Below, piece after piece: positions 1 to 10,825 of a stretch of DNA of 64,000 nucleotides. The notes under the pieces were generated by a model that saw only the letters and a list, made by a program, of their open reading frames with translations, ran no database searches and had not been told where the DNA came from. Where the stretch lies: the NCBI GenBank assembly GCA_046045965.1, contig JBJOKS010000010.1:32001-96000 (forward strand), given 5' to 3'. The position numbers were made by a program, and so were the translations under genes. Origin of the DNA: Cyanobacteriota bacterium. GTDB taxonomy: Bacteria; Cyanobacteriota; Cyanobacteriia; Cyanobacteriales; Nostocaceae. Position 1 is the first letter of the stretch. Every line of letters begins with the position of its first letter.

Positions 1-97
1 GTCTCTGACTGGGAATGCTATCATAGAGTCTCTGACTCTAATTTAACAGAAGGCAGAGCCTTCTAAAATTCATTCCCATACAGAGTATGGGAACGAG
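1..97. repeat. Dispersed MITE-like repeat (CTCGTTCC...GGAACGAG family), cut by the window start
   Basis: Colinear and similar to 43412-43518 (gactgggaatgct...tagagtctctgactc...ttcattcc..tacagagtat.ggaacgag). Confidence 0.8.
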
Positions 98-103
98 AAA
101 TAA

Positions 104-523
104 TTAAAATATAAAATCTAAAGCTTGCTTAATAATCAATTCTTGGTCTATCATATTTTTTAAAGTTAATCCATCATAAATTCCGCCAAAAGCTTCTAAT
201 GCCGCATTATCTAATGCTCGATCATAAGCTTCTAACAAAATCTCCTCTAGTTCTTTTTTATTCATATAAAACCCTCCAGATTTTCGGCGCTTGTTAACTC
301 GAATTATTGCATCCGTAGCATTACGAATAGAAACATCCCAGTAATTAGTTGTGCGTTTTTCTGACTGTTGTTTAATTAAGTGAACTAACAAAATGACACA
401 ATAACTATAAATTTTATTAATTTTATCTTCTTTGCTCATTTCCTCTAACTCATCAATTAAAAATATTGCTGCCTCTAAATTGCCAGCAATAACTAATTCT
501 CTGAGTTCTAATAATTCTTCCAT
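104..523 (-). CDS. DUF29 family protein
   Basis: 139 aa; 'LIDELEEMSKEDK..ILLVHLIKQQ..W.VSIRN' pattern typical of cyanobacterial DUF29. Confidence 0.75.
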   Translation of the reverse strand: MEELLELRELVIAGNLEAAIFLIDELEEMSKEDKINKIYSYCVILLVHLIKQQSEKRTTNYWDVSIRNATDAIIRVNKRRKSGGFYMNKKELEEILLEAYDRALDNAALEAFGGIYDGLTLKNMIDQELIIKQALDFIF

Positions 524-624
524 AATTCACTGTGACATTTCTCACAAAATTAATAACTGCTCTCTTTTTCACTTTTCAAGAAAGCAGTTTTTCCCAAATT
601 ACCAAACTTGCCAAAATCAAGAAT

Positions 625-954
625 CTACACATCTTCCGTTTCAAGTTGTGCTACTGTCACAGCATTAAACGCGAAGGCAAAAACCAAAGGCATCGGACAC
701 TTTAAAACAAAGGTATAAATAACCGATAAAATGGTAATAACTACAGCCGCTATTGACCAGTATAGCTCCTGATTTGTTAATCCATTCTCTTCTTTAATTA
801 CTCTCAAAACATGAACCGGAATTGGTTCTGGCATTACGCCACCAGGAGGAAATGCCCAATAGTTATCACGGCGTTCTACAAATAAATCTGTCCAGCCGTT
901 TTCCATACACCAAGCTTCGATCCATTCGATAGAGTAATGATTGATCATGAACAT
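625..954 (-). CDS. Conserved cyanobacterial hypothetical membrane protein
   Basis: 109 aa; 'EWIEAWCMENGWTDLF..WAFPPGGVMPEPIP' followed by C-terminal hydrophobic helices. Confidence 0.7.
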   Translation of the reverse strand: MFMINHYSIEWIEAWCMENGWTDLFVERRDNYWAFPPGGVMPEPIPVHVLRVIKEENGLTNQELYWSIAAVVITILSVIYTFVLKCPMPLVFAFAFNAVTVAQLETEDV

Positions 955-1366
955 ACAAATTCCAGTTTTCAGTTTGAGTAGTTAGTGAATATAGATTTAT
1001 CGGAGATTCCTGACAAGCTAAGAAATGCTTATAAGATTAACGCTAATTCCATAATCGTGAAATTTAGTTCAGCTGTTGATATTCCCTTATTCAAAAGACT
1101 AACAGGCAACAGCGATTGTTTGCAACAAACTACAATAAACTTTACTTTAAGTCATGAATATCAATAAATGTAAATTACTGTAAATTACCGATTGAGTAAC
1201 TGCCAACCTCTTAAGGAATAATTAATTTATCAACCTTTCGAGACAATTTAAATAATTTTGACCAGAAGACAACAAAATTTAATTACAAAATATTAAGCAA
1301 AACAGATATTCTGACCAAGATAATGAGGTAAACTGAAATACAAGAAACATTACAAATGGTTAACAA

Positions 1367-1861
1367 ATGATATATTGGCGGCGAGGCATAGGATTATTGT
1401 TAGCAGTTATGATCTGGTGTGTGGCATCTCCAGCACTAGCAACAGACTGGACTCATCCTCTATCATTTAGCAACGCGGAGTTAGGAAGACATGATTTTTC
1501 GGGACAAAATTTACAAGCAGCGGAGTTTTCTAACGCTAACTTAGAAATGGTTAACTTTACAGGTGCTGACTTGCGGGGAGCAGTTTTGAGTGCTTCTGTG
1601 ATGACAAAAGCAAATTTACATGGGGCTGATTTAACTAATGCAATGGTTAATGAAGTAAAATTAAATGGGGCTGATTTAAGTGATGCCGTTTTGTTAGAAG
1701 CTATTTTGCTGCGTTCCGTTTTTACTGATGTCAACATTAAAGGTGCAGACTTTAGTGATGCAATTTTAGATAGAGCGCAAATTAAAGAGCTATGTCAAAA
1801 AGCTAGTGGTGTCAATTCTAAAACTGGTGTTAATACTCGTGAGTCGTTAGGATGTCGATAA
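1367..1861 (+). CDS. Pentapeptide repeat protein with signal peptide (probably lumenal/periplasmic)
   Basis: Signal peptide ending 'SPALA'; A(D/N)LXX repeats; C-terminal 'C..ASGVNSKTGVNTRESLGC'. Confidence 0.9.
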   Translation: MIYWRRGIGLLLAVMIWCVASPALATDWTHPLSFSNAELGRHDFSGQNLQAAEFSNANLEMVNFTGADLRGAVLSASVMTKANLHGADLTNAMVNEVKLNGADLSDAVLLEAILLRSVFTDVNIKGADFSDAILDRAQIKELCQKASGVNSKTGVNTRESLGCR

Positions 1862-2991
1862 AGCGTATTGGTATAATTGGTGGTGGACAACTGGCCTGGA
1901 TGATGGGGGATGCTTCCAAAAAATTAGGATTAGAATTAATAGTACAAACTCCTAGTAAAAATGATCCCGCTGTATCTATTGCTGAAGATCCGGTTTTTGC
2001 AGCAGTTGATGATGCAAAAGCAACGGAAATTTTAGCTACAAAATGCGATGTCATCACTTTTGAAAACGAATTTGTTAACTTAGATGCTTTATCTTTATTA
2101 GAGAAACAAGGTGTTTGTTTTCGTCCTAGATTAGCAGCTTTATCTCCTTTATTAGACAAATATCATCAACGTTGCTATTTACGAGATTTAAAATTACCAG
2201 TTCCGCAATTTTTCGCTCTGGAAAAATCAGAGGATATTGAATCAAAAATAGAATATTTGGGTTTTCCTATTGTGATCAAAGCCAGACGACATGGTTATGA
2301 TGGACAGGGAACTTTTATTATCCATGATTTAGCGAATTTGTCAACAGTAATAAATCAAAATCATACACATTTCTTAGTAGAAGAATTTGTCCCTTTTACC
2401 AGAGAATTAGCTATAATTGCAGCGCGTTCTGTGGATGCGGAAATTGTTACTTATCCAGTGGTAGAAACCCAACAAGAACAACAAGTTTGTCGTCGAGTAA
2501 TTGCACCAGCGGATATTACACCCGAACAAGCAAAAAAAATTAAGGCGATCGCTCATACAATATTAAATAGTCTACAAGCTGTGGGCGTTTTTGGGATTGA
2601 GTTATTTATCACCGCTGATGGTAAAATACTGATTAATGAAATTGCACCAAGAACTCATAACTCTGGGCATTTTTCCTTAGATGCTTGTGAAACTTCTCAA
2701 TTTGAACAACACCTGAGAGCAGTTGCTGGTTTACCTTTGACCAATCCTAATTTACATTGTTCTGGTGCAGTTATGGTTAATTTGCTAGGGTATGAAAACT
2801 CACGTAGTGATTATCAATTTCAGCGCCAAAAATTAGCAGCTATTCCCCATGCTTACCTCCACTGGTACGGAAAAACCGAATCTCGTCCCGGTCGTAAACT
2901 AGGACATATCACAGTATTGTTAGAACAGCAAAACCGAGATGCTATAAACTCTATCATCAATACCATAGAATCTATCTGGTATCCTGTTTAA
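1852..2991 (+). CDS. purK: N5-carboxyaminoimidazole ribonucleotide synthase
   Basis: 'IGIIGGGQLAWM', 'GYDGQG', 'NEIAPRTHNSGH', 'RPGRKLGH' motifs. Confidence 0.97.
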   Translation: MSIKRIGIIGGGQLAWMMGDASKKLGLELIVQTPSKNDPAVSIAEDPVFAAVDDAKATEILATKCDVITFENEFVNLDALSLLEKQGVCFRPRLAALSPLLDKYHQRCYLRDLKLPVPQFFALEKSEDIESKIEYLGFPIVIKARRHGYDGQGTFIIHDLANLSTVINQNHTHFLVEEFVPFTRELAIIAARSVDAEIVTYPVVETQQEQQVCRRVIAPADITPEQAKKIKAIAHTILNSLQAVGVFGIELFITADGKILINEIAPRTHNSGHFSLDACETSQFEQHLRAVAGLPLTNPNLHCSGAVMVNLLGYENSRSDYQFQRQKLAAIPHAYLHWYGKTESRPGRKLGHITVLLEQQNRDAINSIINTIESIWYPV

Positions 2992-3104
2992 AATGGGGAC
3001 TCTTTACTGGGGACTGGGGACTGGAAAGAGGGTAAAATAACAACTGACAACTGATTACAAAAAAATTTTTTTATTCCCCCACTACACAAATTGCATTTGA
3101 CAGT

Positions 3105-3110
3105 TATAAT
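3105..3110 (+). promoter_or_regulatory. -10 element of the 6S RNA promoter
   Basis: TATAAT 5 nt upstream of the predicted 5' end at 3116. Confidence 0.6.
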
Positions 3111-3115
3111 GAATT

Positions 3116-3299
3116 AGTTGCACTACGACGTTGGTGACTGCCCCCAAGTTTTTTGATCTATGTCTTTAACGAAAAGGGAACCAATTCGTTCTTGTGGCAG
3201 TAGACCGAGCTTGTACTCGGAAACTTTAAACAAGCAACACCCGTTCCCACCTGGTTTACCCAGGTCATAAACTTAGGTAAAACGGCGTTGTGGTGAACT
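3116..3299 (+). ncRNA. ssrS: 6S RNA
   Basis: ~184 nt directly downstream of purK, the usual cyanobacterial position; 5' AGTTGCACTACGACG pairs with 3' CGTTGTGGTGAACT to close a rod; internal hairpins CCGAG..CTCGG and ACCTGG..CCAGGT. Confidence 0.88.
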
Positions 3300-3330
3300 T
3301 AAAAAGTTTTTAAAAACTAAAAACATTTCC

Positions 3331-3361
3331 GATCCCCGACTTCTTCAATAAGTTGGGGATC
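3331..3361. repeat. Palindromic dispersed repeat (GATCCCCGACTTC...AAGTYGGGGATC family); may act as a terminator between 6S RNA and rsmH
   Basis: Hairpin; related copies at 15677-15707 and 37545-37609. Confidence 0.7.
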
Positions 3362-3444
3362 TTATTATTTATTATTATCATAATGGGCAAGATGACCGTA
3401 CCACAAGATTTTTACTACAATATTTTTACCACAAGATGTTTATT

Positions 3445-4356
3445 TTACTCATCTACTGGGTTTTTTCTTTCTGCTATTCTCAATTTAGCAGAACGCGAAC
3501 GCGGGTTATTTTTTATTTCCTCTTCTGTTGCAATAATCGGTTTTTTTGTCAATATTCTTAACAACTCCGAGTTTCTTAAACCGTGTTTAACTATTCTATC
3601 TTCTAAGCTGTGAAAACTAATAATCGCAATTTTTCCCCCAGTAACCAGCGCGTGAGGTGCGTTTTCTATCAAAGTTTCTAATACTTTTAACTCATCATTA
3701 ACTGCTATTCGCAAAGCTTGAAAAACGCGAGTTGCAGGGTGTATTCTTCCATGACGATATTTAGGAGGAACAGAATAAAAAATTGCATCTGCTAATTCTG
3801 TGGTAGTTTGAAAAGGACGCTTTTCTATTATTCGTCTGGCAATTTTCCTGGAAAGTCTTTCCTCACCATATTTAAAAAATATATCGGCTAATTCTTGTTC
3901 ATCCCACTCATTAATTATATCACCAGCAGTTAAAGATTGTTGCTGATTCATTCGCATATCTAAATTCGCAGTATTTCTAAAACTAAAACCTCTTTCTGGG
4001 TTATCTAAATGATAGGAACTTACACCCAAATCTGCTAAAATGCCATCATAAGTATTTGCAGGAAATTGAAAATTAGCAAAATTGCTATGAATAAAATTCA
4101 CCCTATTTCCAAATTCTGCTAAATTCTCCTGTGCAGCTTTTAAAGCGTCCAAATCTTGATCAATTGCGGTAATTTTTGTGTTTTCAGCACTTTCTAAAAT
4201 TAACCGACTGTGACCACCACCACCCACAGTTAAATCTAAATAATTTCCACCTGGTTGAATATTTAAACCTGTGATAATTTCCTGACTGAGAACAGGAATA
4301 TGGGAGAAAGTAAATTCATCTAAGTCTAGGGGTGTTTGTAAATTTGATTTAATCAT
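3445..4356 (-). CDS. rsmH: 16S rRNA m4C1402 methyltransferase
   Basis: 'HIPVL', '[10 protein letters not shown]', 'DLGVSS', '[12 protein letters not shown]', '[11 protein letters not shown]', '[10 protein letters not shown]'. Confidence 0.97.
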   Translation of the reverse strand: MIKSNLQTPLDLDEFTFSHIPVLSQEIITGLNIQPGGNYLDLTVGGGGHSRLILESAENTKITAIDQDLDALKAAQENLAEFGNRVNFIHSNFANFQFPANTYDGILADLGVSSYHLDNPERGFSFRNTANLDMRMNQQQSLTAGDIINEWDEQELADIFFKYGEERLSRKIARRIIEKRPFQTTTELADAIFYSVPPKYRHGRIHPATRVFQALRIAVNDELKVLETLIENAPHALVTGGKIAIISFHSLEDRIVKHGLRNSELLRILTKKPIIATEEEIKNNPRSRSAKLRIAERKNPVDE

Positions 4357-4522
4357 TATTTTATTGATATGGTGATTATTATTTGAGGTAAAATCATTAA
4401 TAATTAAACGCAGATGAACGCAGATAATTTAATTTGACTAAGAAGCCATTTTAGCGTTAATAAAACTAAAAATCCTTTCTAATTCTAATAAACCAGCTAG
4501 TTCTGCTTTTTCATCAGTTAAC

Positions 4523-4627
4523 GGCGGTTAGAAACCGCATCTACACAGACGAAACCCACCTGCGTGGGTTCTAAATTTAGTCCGCGAAGGCGGACTTTGC
4601 TTGTGTAGCCGCGAATTCTATTCGCCG
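4523..4627. repeat. Multi-hairpin GC-rich dispersed repeat
   Basis: Nested inverted repeats GCGGTT/AACCGC, CTACACA/TGTGTAG, AACCCAC/GTGGGTT, AGTCCGC/GCGGACT, GCGAAT/ATTCGC within AT-rich intergenic DNA. Confidence 0.65.
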
Positions 4628-4665
4628 GATTTTTATTATATTAACTTATTGACTTATTGACAATC

Positions 4666-7600
4666 TTATTCTAACGGAAACCCCCCATAACCTGCAATAA
4701 TTTTATCAACATCTTCCATAATCTTAATAGTCTCCGAAATAATAGAAATAATATTTTGATAATGCGTCAAATCATCAAAATTTAACTCTCTTCCTTTCCT
4801 GTCTTTTAACCACTTTTGACAAACTTGATAACCACCTATATAAAAATTCCAGATTTGCGGAGGAACTTGATCAAAATACTGTTCAGAGTTTATCCAAATT
4901 TGTTGATGCTTTTCATTATATTTGACTTGTTCTACAATATTAGAACCCGCAATAGGATAAGTTGCAATTTCCGTTCCTGTGACTTTCATTAAATGTAACT
5001 GTACTAATTTATCACCCTTTGCTACCAACTCCCAAAACAGCGCAGAATTAGAAGTTAAAGGAACACGGGGAAAATCAATCTTTAAAAATTCAGCATAGCG
5101 TTGACGGTAAGTGGGAGAATGAAAAACAGCGTAAATGTAATTAAAAATATCCTCTGGTCCAAAGGTTTGTTTTTGATTTCCTTTTCCATCAACAATAAAT
5201 TCTAATCCTAATTTTTGGGAAAATTCAGTAATAAAATTTGGGGATAAATTCGGTCTACGTCCTCCTGGTGTATTAGTTGGTGTAGCATCAAATAAAGTTG
5301 GGGTATCTGTTGGGTAAAGGTAAAGAGGTATGATGGGACCACCACCAAATTTACCTGCTGTATCTAAAGCATTAATATTTGCTATCTTATCAGTACAGAA
5401 AATATGTCTAAAATCTTTCACTACTTGTCTGGAAATTAATAATCCAACATTACTATGAACATTCCTAAAATGTTGCATAATTTCCTGTCTAGGTCTATTG
5501 ACAACACTAGAATGATGATAATACTCTCTCAAATCAAAAGGACGATAAAGACATTTAACAAAAAATTCTTCCCAATTTACACAAGATGACAAAATTCTTC
5601 TTTGCTGATATAATTGCCAATCAATTGTTACTTGTAGTAAATATTCACTTTGTATTTGAAAGTCAGAAATCTTTAAATCTCGAAAATTTTTGATTCGTTC
5701 TTGAAGATGCGAAAATTCAAAATCAAATACAAAATGATCTCGATGAGTTTTGATACCAGCAGAATTAACTGGCATTATATCAATAATTCTCCATCCTTTT
5801 TCATATTCGGGTAATAAATCATTATTCTGAGGACTAAATAAATAAAATTCAGTTTGGGGATTTATAATTTTCCACTCAGTCGAACTAATATCATTTTCAG
5901 CTAACCAATGATACTTACCATTAACTAACTGATTATTTTCATAAACTTCTCTCATACCCCATAAATCAGCATGATAAACCGTTGCTAACTTTTGCTGACT
6001 ATTTTCATATTTAATAAAAATACTAATTGCTACACCTTGCTGAATATCAAAAACATTCTTATCCGGTGAACCATCAGGACAAAGTTCTTTTTTCTTACTA
6101 TTACCATGTAAATCTAAAACATAAATTTCATCAAAAGTTTGCATCAAATTTTGACGCATTCCCCGAAAAGTGGGGTTATCTAAATAACCATGATTCGTAA
6201 TTAAAGCCACAATACCATAACCCGTTTCCGAAACGCGATGTTGAGCAAAACGGATAAATTTGACATAATCATCTAATAATCCTTTCGGGTTTCTTTCTCC
6301 CAAAGGTTTACCGTCTACTTGATAATAATCCCTAACTAAACCTACAATCCAAGGATCAGTATTTACAGATTCATAAGAATAAGGAGGATTTCCTAAAATC
6401 ACCATTACTGGAACATCTTGTTTTACATCCTTTGCTGCTTCAGCTTCATCTCTAATTCTATTCATAAAACCATCAGCAGGAGGAATTTGAAAAGCTTCTT
6501 GTAAAGTATTAGTTAAATAAATCCTCAACCGTTCATCAGAACTAAAATCATAACCCAACTCTTGCAACTGCAAACCTAATTTCATGTGAGCTACAGTATA
6601 AGGAGCAATCAATAATTCAAAACCAAATAAACGGGGTAATAAATGCTGACTCACATAACTAGACCACATCCCCTTTTGAGATTTAAAACTATCATAAATA
6701 TAATCAATAATCCTATACATAAAAGTTCCCGTACCCACAGCAGGATCGAGAATTAAAACTTGATGAGTTTCCATAGTTCCCTCACCCTGGGGATGGGGAA
6801 TTTTAATCTTTTTAGAATCAGCTAAACCCTGACTAATATTAAACTTATGTTTCAGCACATAATCCACACTTTTAATGATATAATTAACCACAGGTTCAGG
6901 AGTATAATAAACCCCTCTTGACTCCCGCATTTTGGAATCATATTCTGCCAAAAAAGTCTCATAAAAATGGACAACAGGATCTTCCCTACGGGTACGTTTA
7001 CCAAAATCTTTAAGAATTTCCGCCATATCTGTTTGTTGCAGAATATTCGCTAAAGTATCTACCGCCCAAGTAATTCTCTCATCTAAATCAGGACCTGCAA
7101 TTTGTCCAAAAATACTTCTTAAAAAAGGGTTAGTTTTTGGTAACTTAAAAGCTGCGGTTTCCCGTGAAAAACTTTGAACATTATCAGTATTACATCTAGC
7201 TGCAAACAAACCATAACAAATAGTTTGAGCATACATATCCGCAAATTGTTCACCAGTTAAACCCTTAATTAATACCCGTTCAAAAGATTCTAACTGTTGA
7301 CGTAACATACCCCCCTGATCAACATCCTTTAACGCCGTTTTAATCGCATCCCTAATTAATTGAGCTAAACCAGACATCCGTTTAGCTAAATCCTTGGGTG
7401 TAGTAATTGGGGGAACTTTAGTTAATAGAAACTGGCGGAAAAGTTGGTCAAATTCTTGTATTCCTGTTTTGTCAAATTTGATTTTTTTCTGTTTATCAAT
7501 ACTTCCCAAAGAAGCAGATAACTTTAACTCACCTTGGACATACCAACGAAACTCTAAATAATCAGTTAAAATCAAATTACCCAAAGCATTAAAATAACGT

Positions 7601-7860
7601 GACATCTGAGGAGTTTTTACAACCTTATTCAGAGAAACGCCAATATCCTTAGCCTCAATATGACCAACTTCCAAAACACCATTTTTTACCACAAAATCAG
7701 GCGCACCGCAAGCAATTCTTTTAGGTTCATTAATAGCTTGAATTCCAGAATATAAAGACTCAATTAACTTCTGCAAAGCTGGACGATAACTATGCTCAGT
7801 AGCATTTTGAGTTTGATAAACTTGACTAACTTCTTGAATATAAACTTGCAGATAATTCAT
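4666..7860 (-). CDS. Single-polypeptide restriction-modification enzyme (type IIG / type ISP-like: nuclease + N6-adenine MTase + TRD)
   Basis: 1064 aa; N-terminal PD-(D/E)xK ('PDFVV..HIEAK'); 'GVYYTPEPVV', 'LDPAVGTGTF' (motif I), 'GNPPY' (motif IV); C-terminal 'IGGYQVCQKWLKDRKGR'; no helicase motifs. Confidence 0.85.
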   Translation of the reverse strand: MNYLQVYIQEVSQVYQTQNATEHSYRPALQKLIESLYSGIQAINEPKRIACGAPDFVVKNGVLEVGHIEAKDIGVSLNKVVKTPQMSRYFNALGNLILTDYLEFRWYVQGELKLSASLGSIDKQKKIKFDKTGIQEFDQLFRQFLLTKVPPITTPKDLAKRMSGLAQLIRDAIKTALKDVDQGGMLRQQLESFERVLIKGLTGEQFADMYAQTICYGLFAARCNTDNVQSFSRETAAFKLPKTNPFLRSIFGQIAGPDLDERITWAVDTLANILQQTDMAEILKDFGKRTRREDPVVHFYETFLAEYDSKMRESRGVYYTPEPVVNYIIKSVDYVLKHKFNISQGLADSKKIKIPHPQGEGTMETHQVLILDPAVGTGTFMYRIIDYIYDSFKSQKGMWSSYVSQHLLPRLFGFELLIAPYTVAHMKLGLQLQELGYDFSSDERLRIYLTNTLQEAFQIPPADGFMNRIRDEAEAAKDVKQDVPVMVILGNPPYSYESVNTDPWIVGLVRDYYQVDGKPLGERNPKGLLDDYVKFIRFAQHRVSETGYGIVALITNHGYLDNPTFRGMRQNLMQTFDEIYVLDLHGNSKKKELCPDGSPDKNVFDIQQGVAISIFIKYENSQQKLATVYHADLWGMREVYENNQLVNGKYHWLAENDISSTEWKIINPQTEFYLFSPQNNDLLPEYEKGWRIIDIMPVNSAGIKTHRDHFVFDFEFSHLQERIKNFRDLKISDFQIQSEYLLQVTIDWQLYQQRRILSSCVNWEEFFVKCLYRPFDLREYYHHSSVVNRPRQEIMQHFRNVHSNVGLLISRQVVKDFRHIFCTDKIANINALDTAGKFGGGPIIPLYLYPTDTPTLFDATPTNTPGGRRPNLSPNFITEFSQKLGLEFIVDGKGNQKQTFGPEDIFNYIYAVFHSPTYRQRYAEFLKIDFPRVPLTSNSALFWELVAKGDKLVQLHLMKVTGTEIATYPIAGSNIVEQVKYNEKHQQIWINSEQYFDQVPPQIWNFYIGGYQVCQKWLKDRKGRELNFDDLTHYQNIISIISETIKIMEDVDKIIAGYGGFPLE

Positions 7861-8240
7861 AATAAAAACTCTTGCTTCTCTCTCTGCGACTTTGCACCTT
7901 TGCGCGAAATATAAAAATTAATTAGCCCAACCATAAAATAAATATATCTAAAAACCAGCAAAACCACCCAAGCCGTAACAAAACTTAGATACAAACAACA
8001 CCACCCGTCAAAAATTCTCCCCACCCCACAACCAAAGAGAAAATAAAAAAACCAGACTCACAATTCCTTAAATCACCAGATCCCTATAATAATTGAAGAA
8101 GCAAGACAAAATAAAACATCAAGTACAACTCCAAACCTGCTATCCTGACAAGCTGAAAATTAGCAGATGCGGTAAATCGTATCTGGTTAGCATCTTGGCG
8201 GTTCAATACAAATTGTTGACAACGGGAGAACACCACATCT

Positions 8241-9425
8241 ATGAGTAGAATAGAAACTCGCACTGAACCAATGGTGCTAAATATGGGTCCTCACCACCCT
8301 TCAATGCACGGGGTTCTGCGGCTAATTATGACCTTAGACGGTGAAGATGTCGTTGACTGTGAACCAGTCATAGGCTATCTGCACCGAGGAATGGAGAAAA
8401 TTGCCGAAAACCGTACCACAGTTATGTATGTCCCCTACGTTAGCCGTTGGGACTACGCTGCGGGGATGTTTAACGAAGCAGTGACAGTCAACGCACCAGA
8501 AAAATTAGCAGGTATAGCAGTTCCCAAACGCGCTAGTTACATCCGCGTCATTATGCTGGAACTGAACCGCATCGCTAACCACTTATTATGGTTTGGTCCC
8601 TTCCTGGCAGACGTTGGCGCTCAAACACCATTCTTCTACCAATTCCGGGAACGGGAAATGATTTATGATCTGTGGGAAGCGGCCACAGGTTATCGCATGG
8701 TAAATAACAACTATTTCCGTGTCGGTGGTGTAGCTGTTGACTTACCCTATGGTTGGGTAGATAAGTGTGAAGAGTTCTGTGACTACTTCCTCCCCAAAGT
8801 AGACGAATATGAACGCTTAGTTACCAACAACCCTATTTTCCGCCGTCGTATTGAAGGTATTGGGACTATTACCCGTGAAGAAGCGATTAACTGGGGTCTT
8901 TCTGGTCCAATGTTACGCGGTTCTGGTGTGAAGTGGGACTTGCGGAAAGTTGACCATTATGAATGTTACGATGATTTCGACTGGGATGTACAGTGGGAAA
9001 CCGCAGGTGATTGTCTCGCTCGTTACATGGTGCGGATGCGGGAAATGCGGGAATCTGTGAAAATCATCAAACAAGCTATCAAAGGTTTACCTGGTGGTCC
9101 TTACGAAAACCTAGAAGCTAAACGGATGATGGCAGGACCAAAATCAGAATGGGATGCTTTTGATTATCAATATATTGGTAAGAAAGTTGCACCTACTTTT
9201 AAAATTCCTACAGGTGAAATCTACTCCCGTGTAGAAAGCGGTAAAGGTGAACTGGGTATTTATCTAGTTGGTGAAAATAACGTCTTCCCCTGGCGTTGGA
9301 AAATTCGCCCCGCAGACTTCAATAACCTGCAAATTCTGCCCTCTTTGTTACGTGGTGTGAAGGTAGCAGATATTGTAGTGATTCTCGGTAGTATTGACGT
9401 GATCATGGGTTCTGTGGATAGGTAA
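8241..9425 (+). CDS. ndhH: NAD(P)H-quinone oxidoreductase subunit H
   Basis: '[15 protein letters not shown]', 'GYLHRGMEK', C-terminal '[12 protein letters not shown]'. Confidence 0.99.
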   Translation: MSRIETRTEPMVLNMGPHHPSMHGVLRLIMTLDGEDVVDCEPVIGYLHRGMEKIAENRTTVMYVPYVSRWDYAAGMFNEAVTVNAPEKLAGIAVPKRASYIRVIMLELNRIANHLLWFGPFLADVGAQTPFFYQFREREMIYDLWEAATGYRMVNNNYFRVGGVAVDLPYGWVDKCEEFCDYFLPKVDEYERLVTNNPIFRRRIEGIGTITREEAINWGLSGPMLRGSGVKWDLRKVDHYECYDDFDWDVQWETAGDCLARYMVRMREMRESVKIIKQAIKGLPGGPYENLEAKRMMAGPKSEWDAFDYQYIGKKVAPTFKIPTGEIYSRVESGKGELGIYLVGENNVFPWRWKIRPADFNNLQILPSLLRGVKVADIVVILGSIDVIMGSVDR

Positions 9426-9692
9426 ACTTCAGGATTACGTCATAATTTTGAGATATAGAGGTGTATTTGAAGCATCTCTATATTTTTTATAAATTTCTGG
9501 AACTATCTGGGGCTGGCGGTAAAGTTCTGTGGGTTATGCTGAGATTGAGGTTTGAGGTCAGCTATAAAAAAGGGTTTGTATGGAAATATAGGTATAAAAG
9601 CAGGGAACAAGTAACAGAGAGTTTGATAATTTATGAATCAAATGTATAATTAATCTGGCTCAGGTACTTATTAATCAGCATTAAAAAATCAC

Positions 9693-10535
9693 ATGAAAAA
9701 TTTCAAATTAGTTTTTCCTCAATTTTTCAACGAGAAAACTCGCTATAATTTAAGGAATTTAGTATATTTAAGAATGCTAACCCCTTATTTTTCACAAAAT
9801 GCTGTCTTCATATTTGGATCTCAAAGAAGCGGAAATACACTCCTTCTTTCGGTACTAAATGCCCATCCACAAATTGTTGGTGTAGATGAAACAGAATTTT
9901 CTACTCCCTATCCTTTCCCATCTGCACAACGACTCATTGCTAATAGTTTATTCAATCAACTTTATTGTTATAAAATTCTTGAACATTCAAATAAAGTTGA
10001 ATTTATGAAAAAATACTATCCAAAGGCTAAAATAATATGGCCTGTTAGACATCCCTATGGTGTTGTATCCTCGATGCGTCGCTTATTATCTCAAGGTAAA
10101 TCTTGGATTGAACGTTGTGCAATCACAGAAATTGAAAGATTAAGACCATTTTATCCTCAAGAATTAGCAAAGTGGGATTTAGAACAATTATCAGAAGTAG
10201 AAATAGCTGCTATTTATTGGTTTTATAAAAACAAATTTCTGCAAATTTTGCTTGATGAAGGTTTTGATGTTTTATCATTTAAATACGAGGATCTTTTAGA
10301 AGATAACAAAACAACCTTAGAAGAAATAATTTCGTTTCTAGGTCTCAGATGGAGTGAAGATGTAATCAGTTATCATAAAATAAATGCTAATAAAACTTTA
10401 GCAGGAGGTACTAAAATGAATTCACCTTTGGACATAACAAGAGCTAAAGGATATGAAGGTCTGAATGATAATGATAAAGAAAAAATATACTCTATCTGTG
10501 AACCTTTAATGAAAACTTATGGCTATATTGATTAG
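9693..10535 (+). CDS. Sulfotransferase family protein
   Basis: 5'-PSB loop 'FIFGSQRSGNTLL', 3'-PB 'VRHPYGVVSS', 'KYEDLL'. Confidence 0.85.
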   Translation: MKNFKLVFPQFFNEKTRYNLRNLVYLRMLTPYFSQNAVFIFGSQRSGNTLLLSVLNAHPQIVGVDETEFSTPYPFPSAQRLIANSLFNQLYCYKILEHSNKVEFMKKYYPKAKIIWPVRHPYGVVSSMRRLLSQGKSWIERCAITEIERLRPFYPQELAKWDLEQLSEVEIAAIYWFYKNKFLQILLDEGFDVLSFKYEDLLEDNKTTLEEIISFLGLRWSEDVISYHKINANKTLAGGTKMNSPLDITRAKGYEGLNDNDKEKIYSICEPLMKTYGYID

Positions 10536-10825
10536 CATTGGTTGATGTTCAAGTTACTACAGCATCAACTTTATGTATGGGCAAAATTAGATATTGAAAT
10601 GATCCAAAAATGAGTGCAAACTTTAGGCACAAGTCCCAATATCATTGAAACTTAACTGATGTTCTGGACTTCTGCTACAGCAGACTTACTACCAACATAA
10701 TTTGTGATGACATTTTTCAATCAAAGTTTTAAATATAATGGCATCCCTAATGTAAGTTATGTAGCTTGTAAGTGCTAAATCGTTTTTCTCTATTCCCCAT
10801 GCTCCAATCTGCAAGCAAAAATTTT

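Noticed and set aside
1453..1737. Antisense ORFs over pentapeptide genes (also 17043-17258)
   Set aside because: Shadow frames caused by repetitive codon usage on the coding strand.
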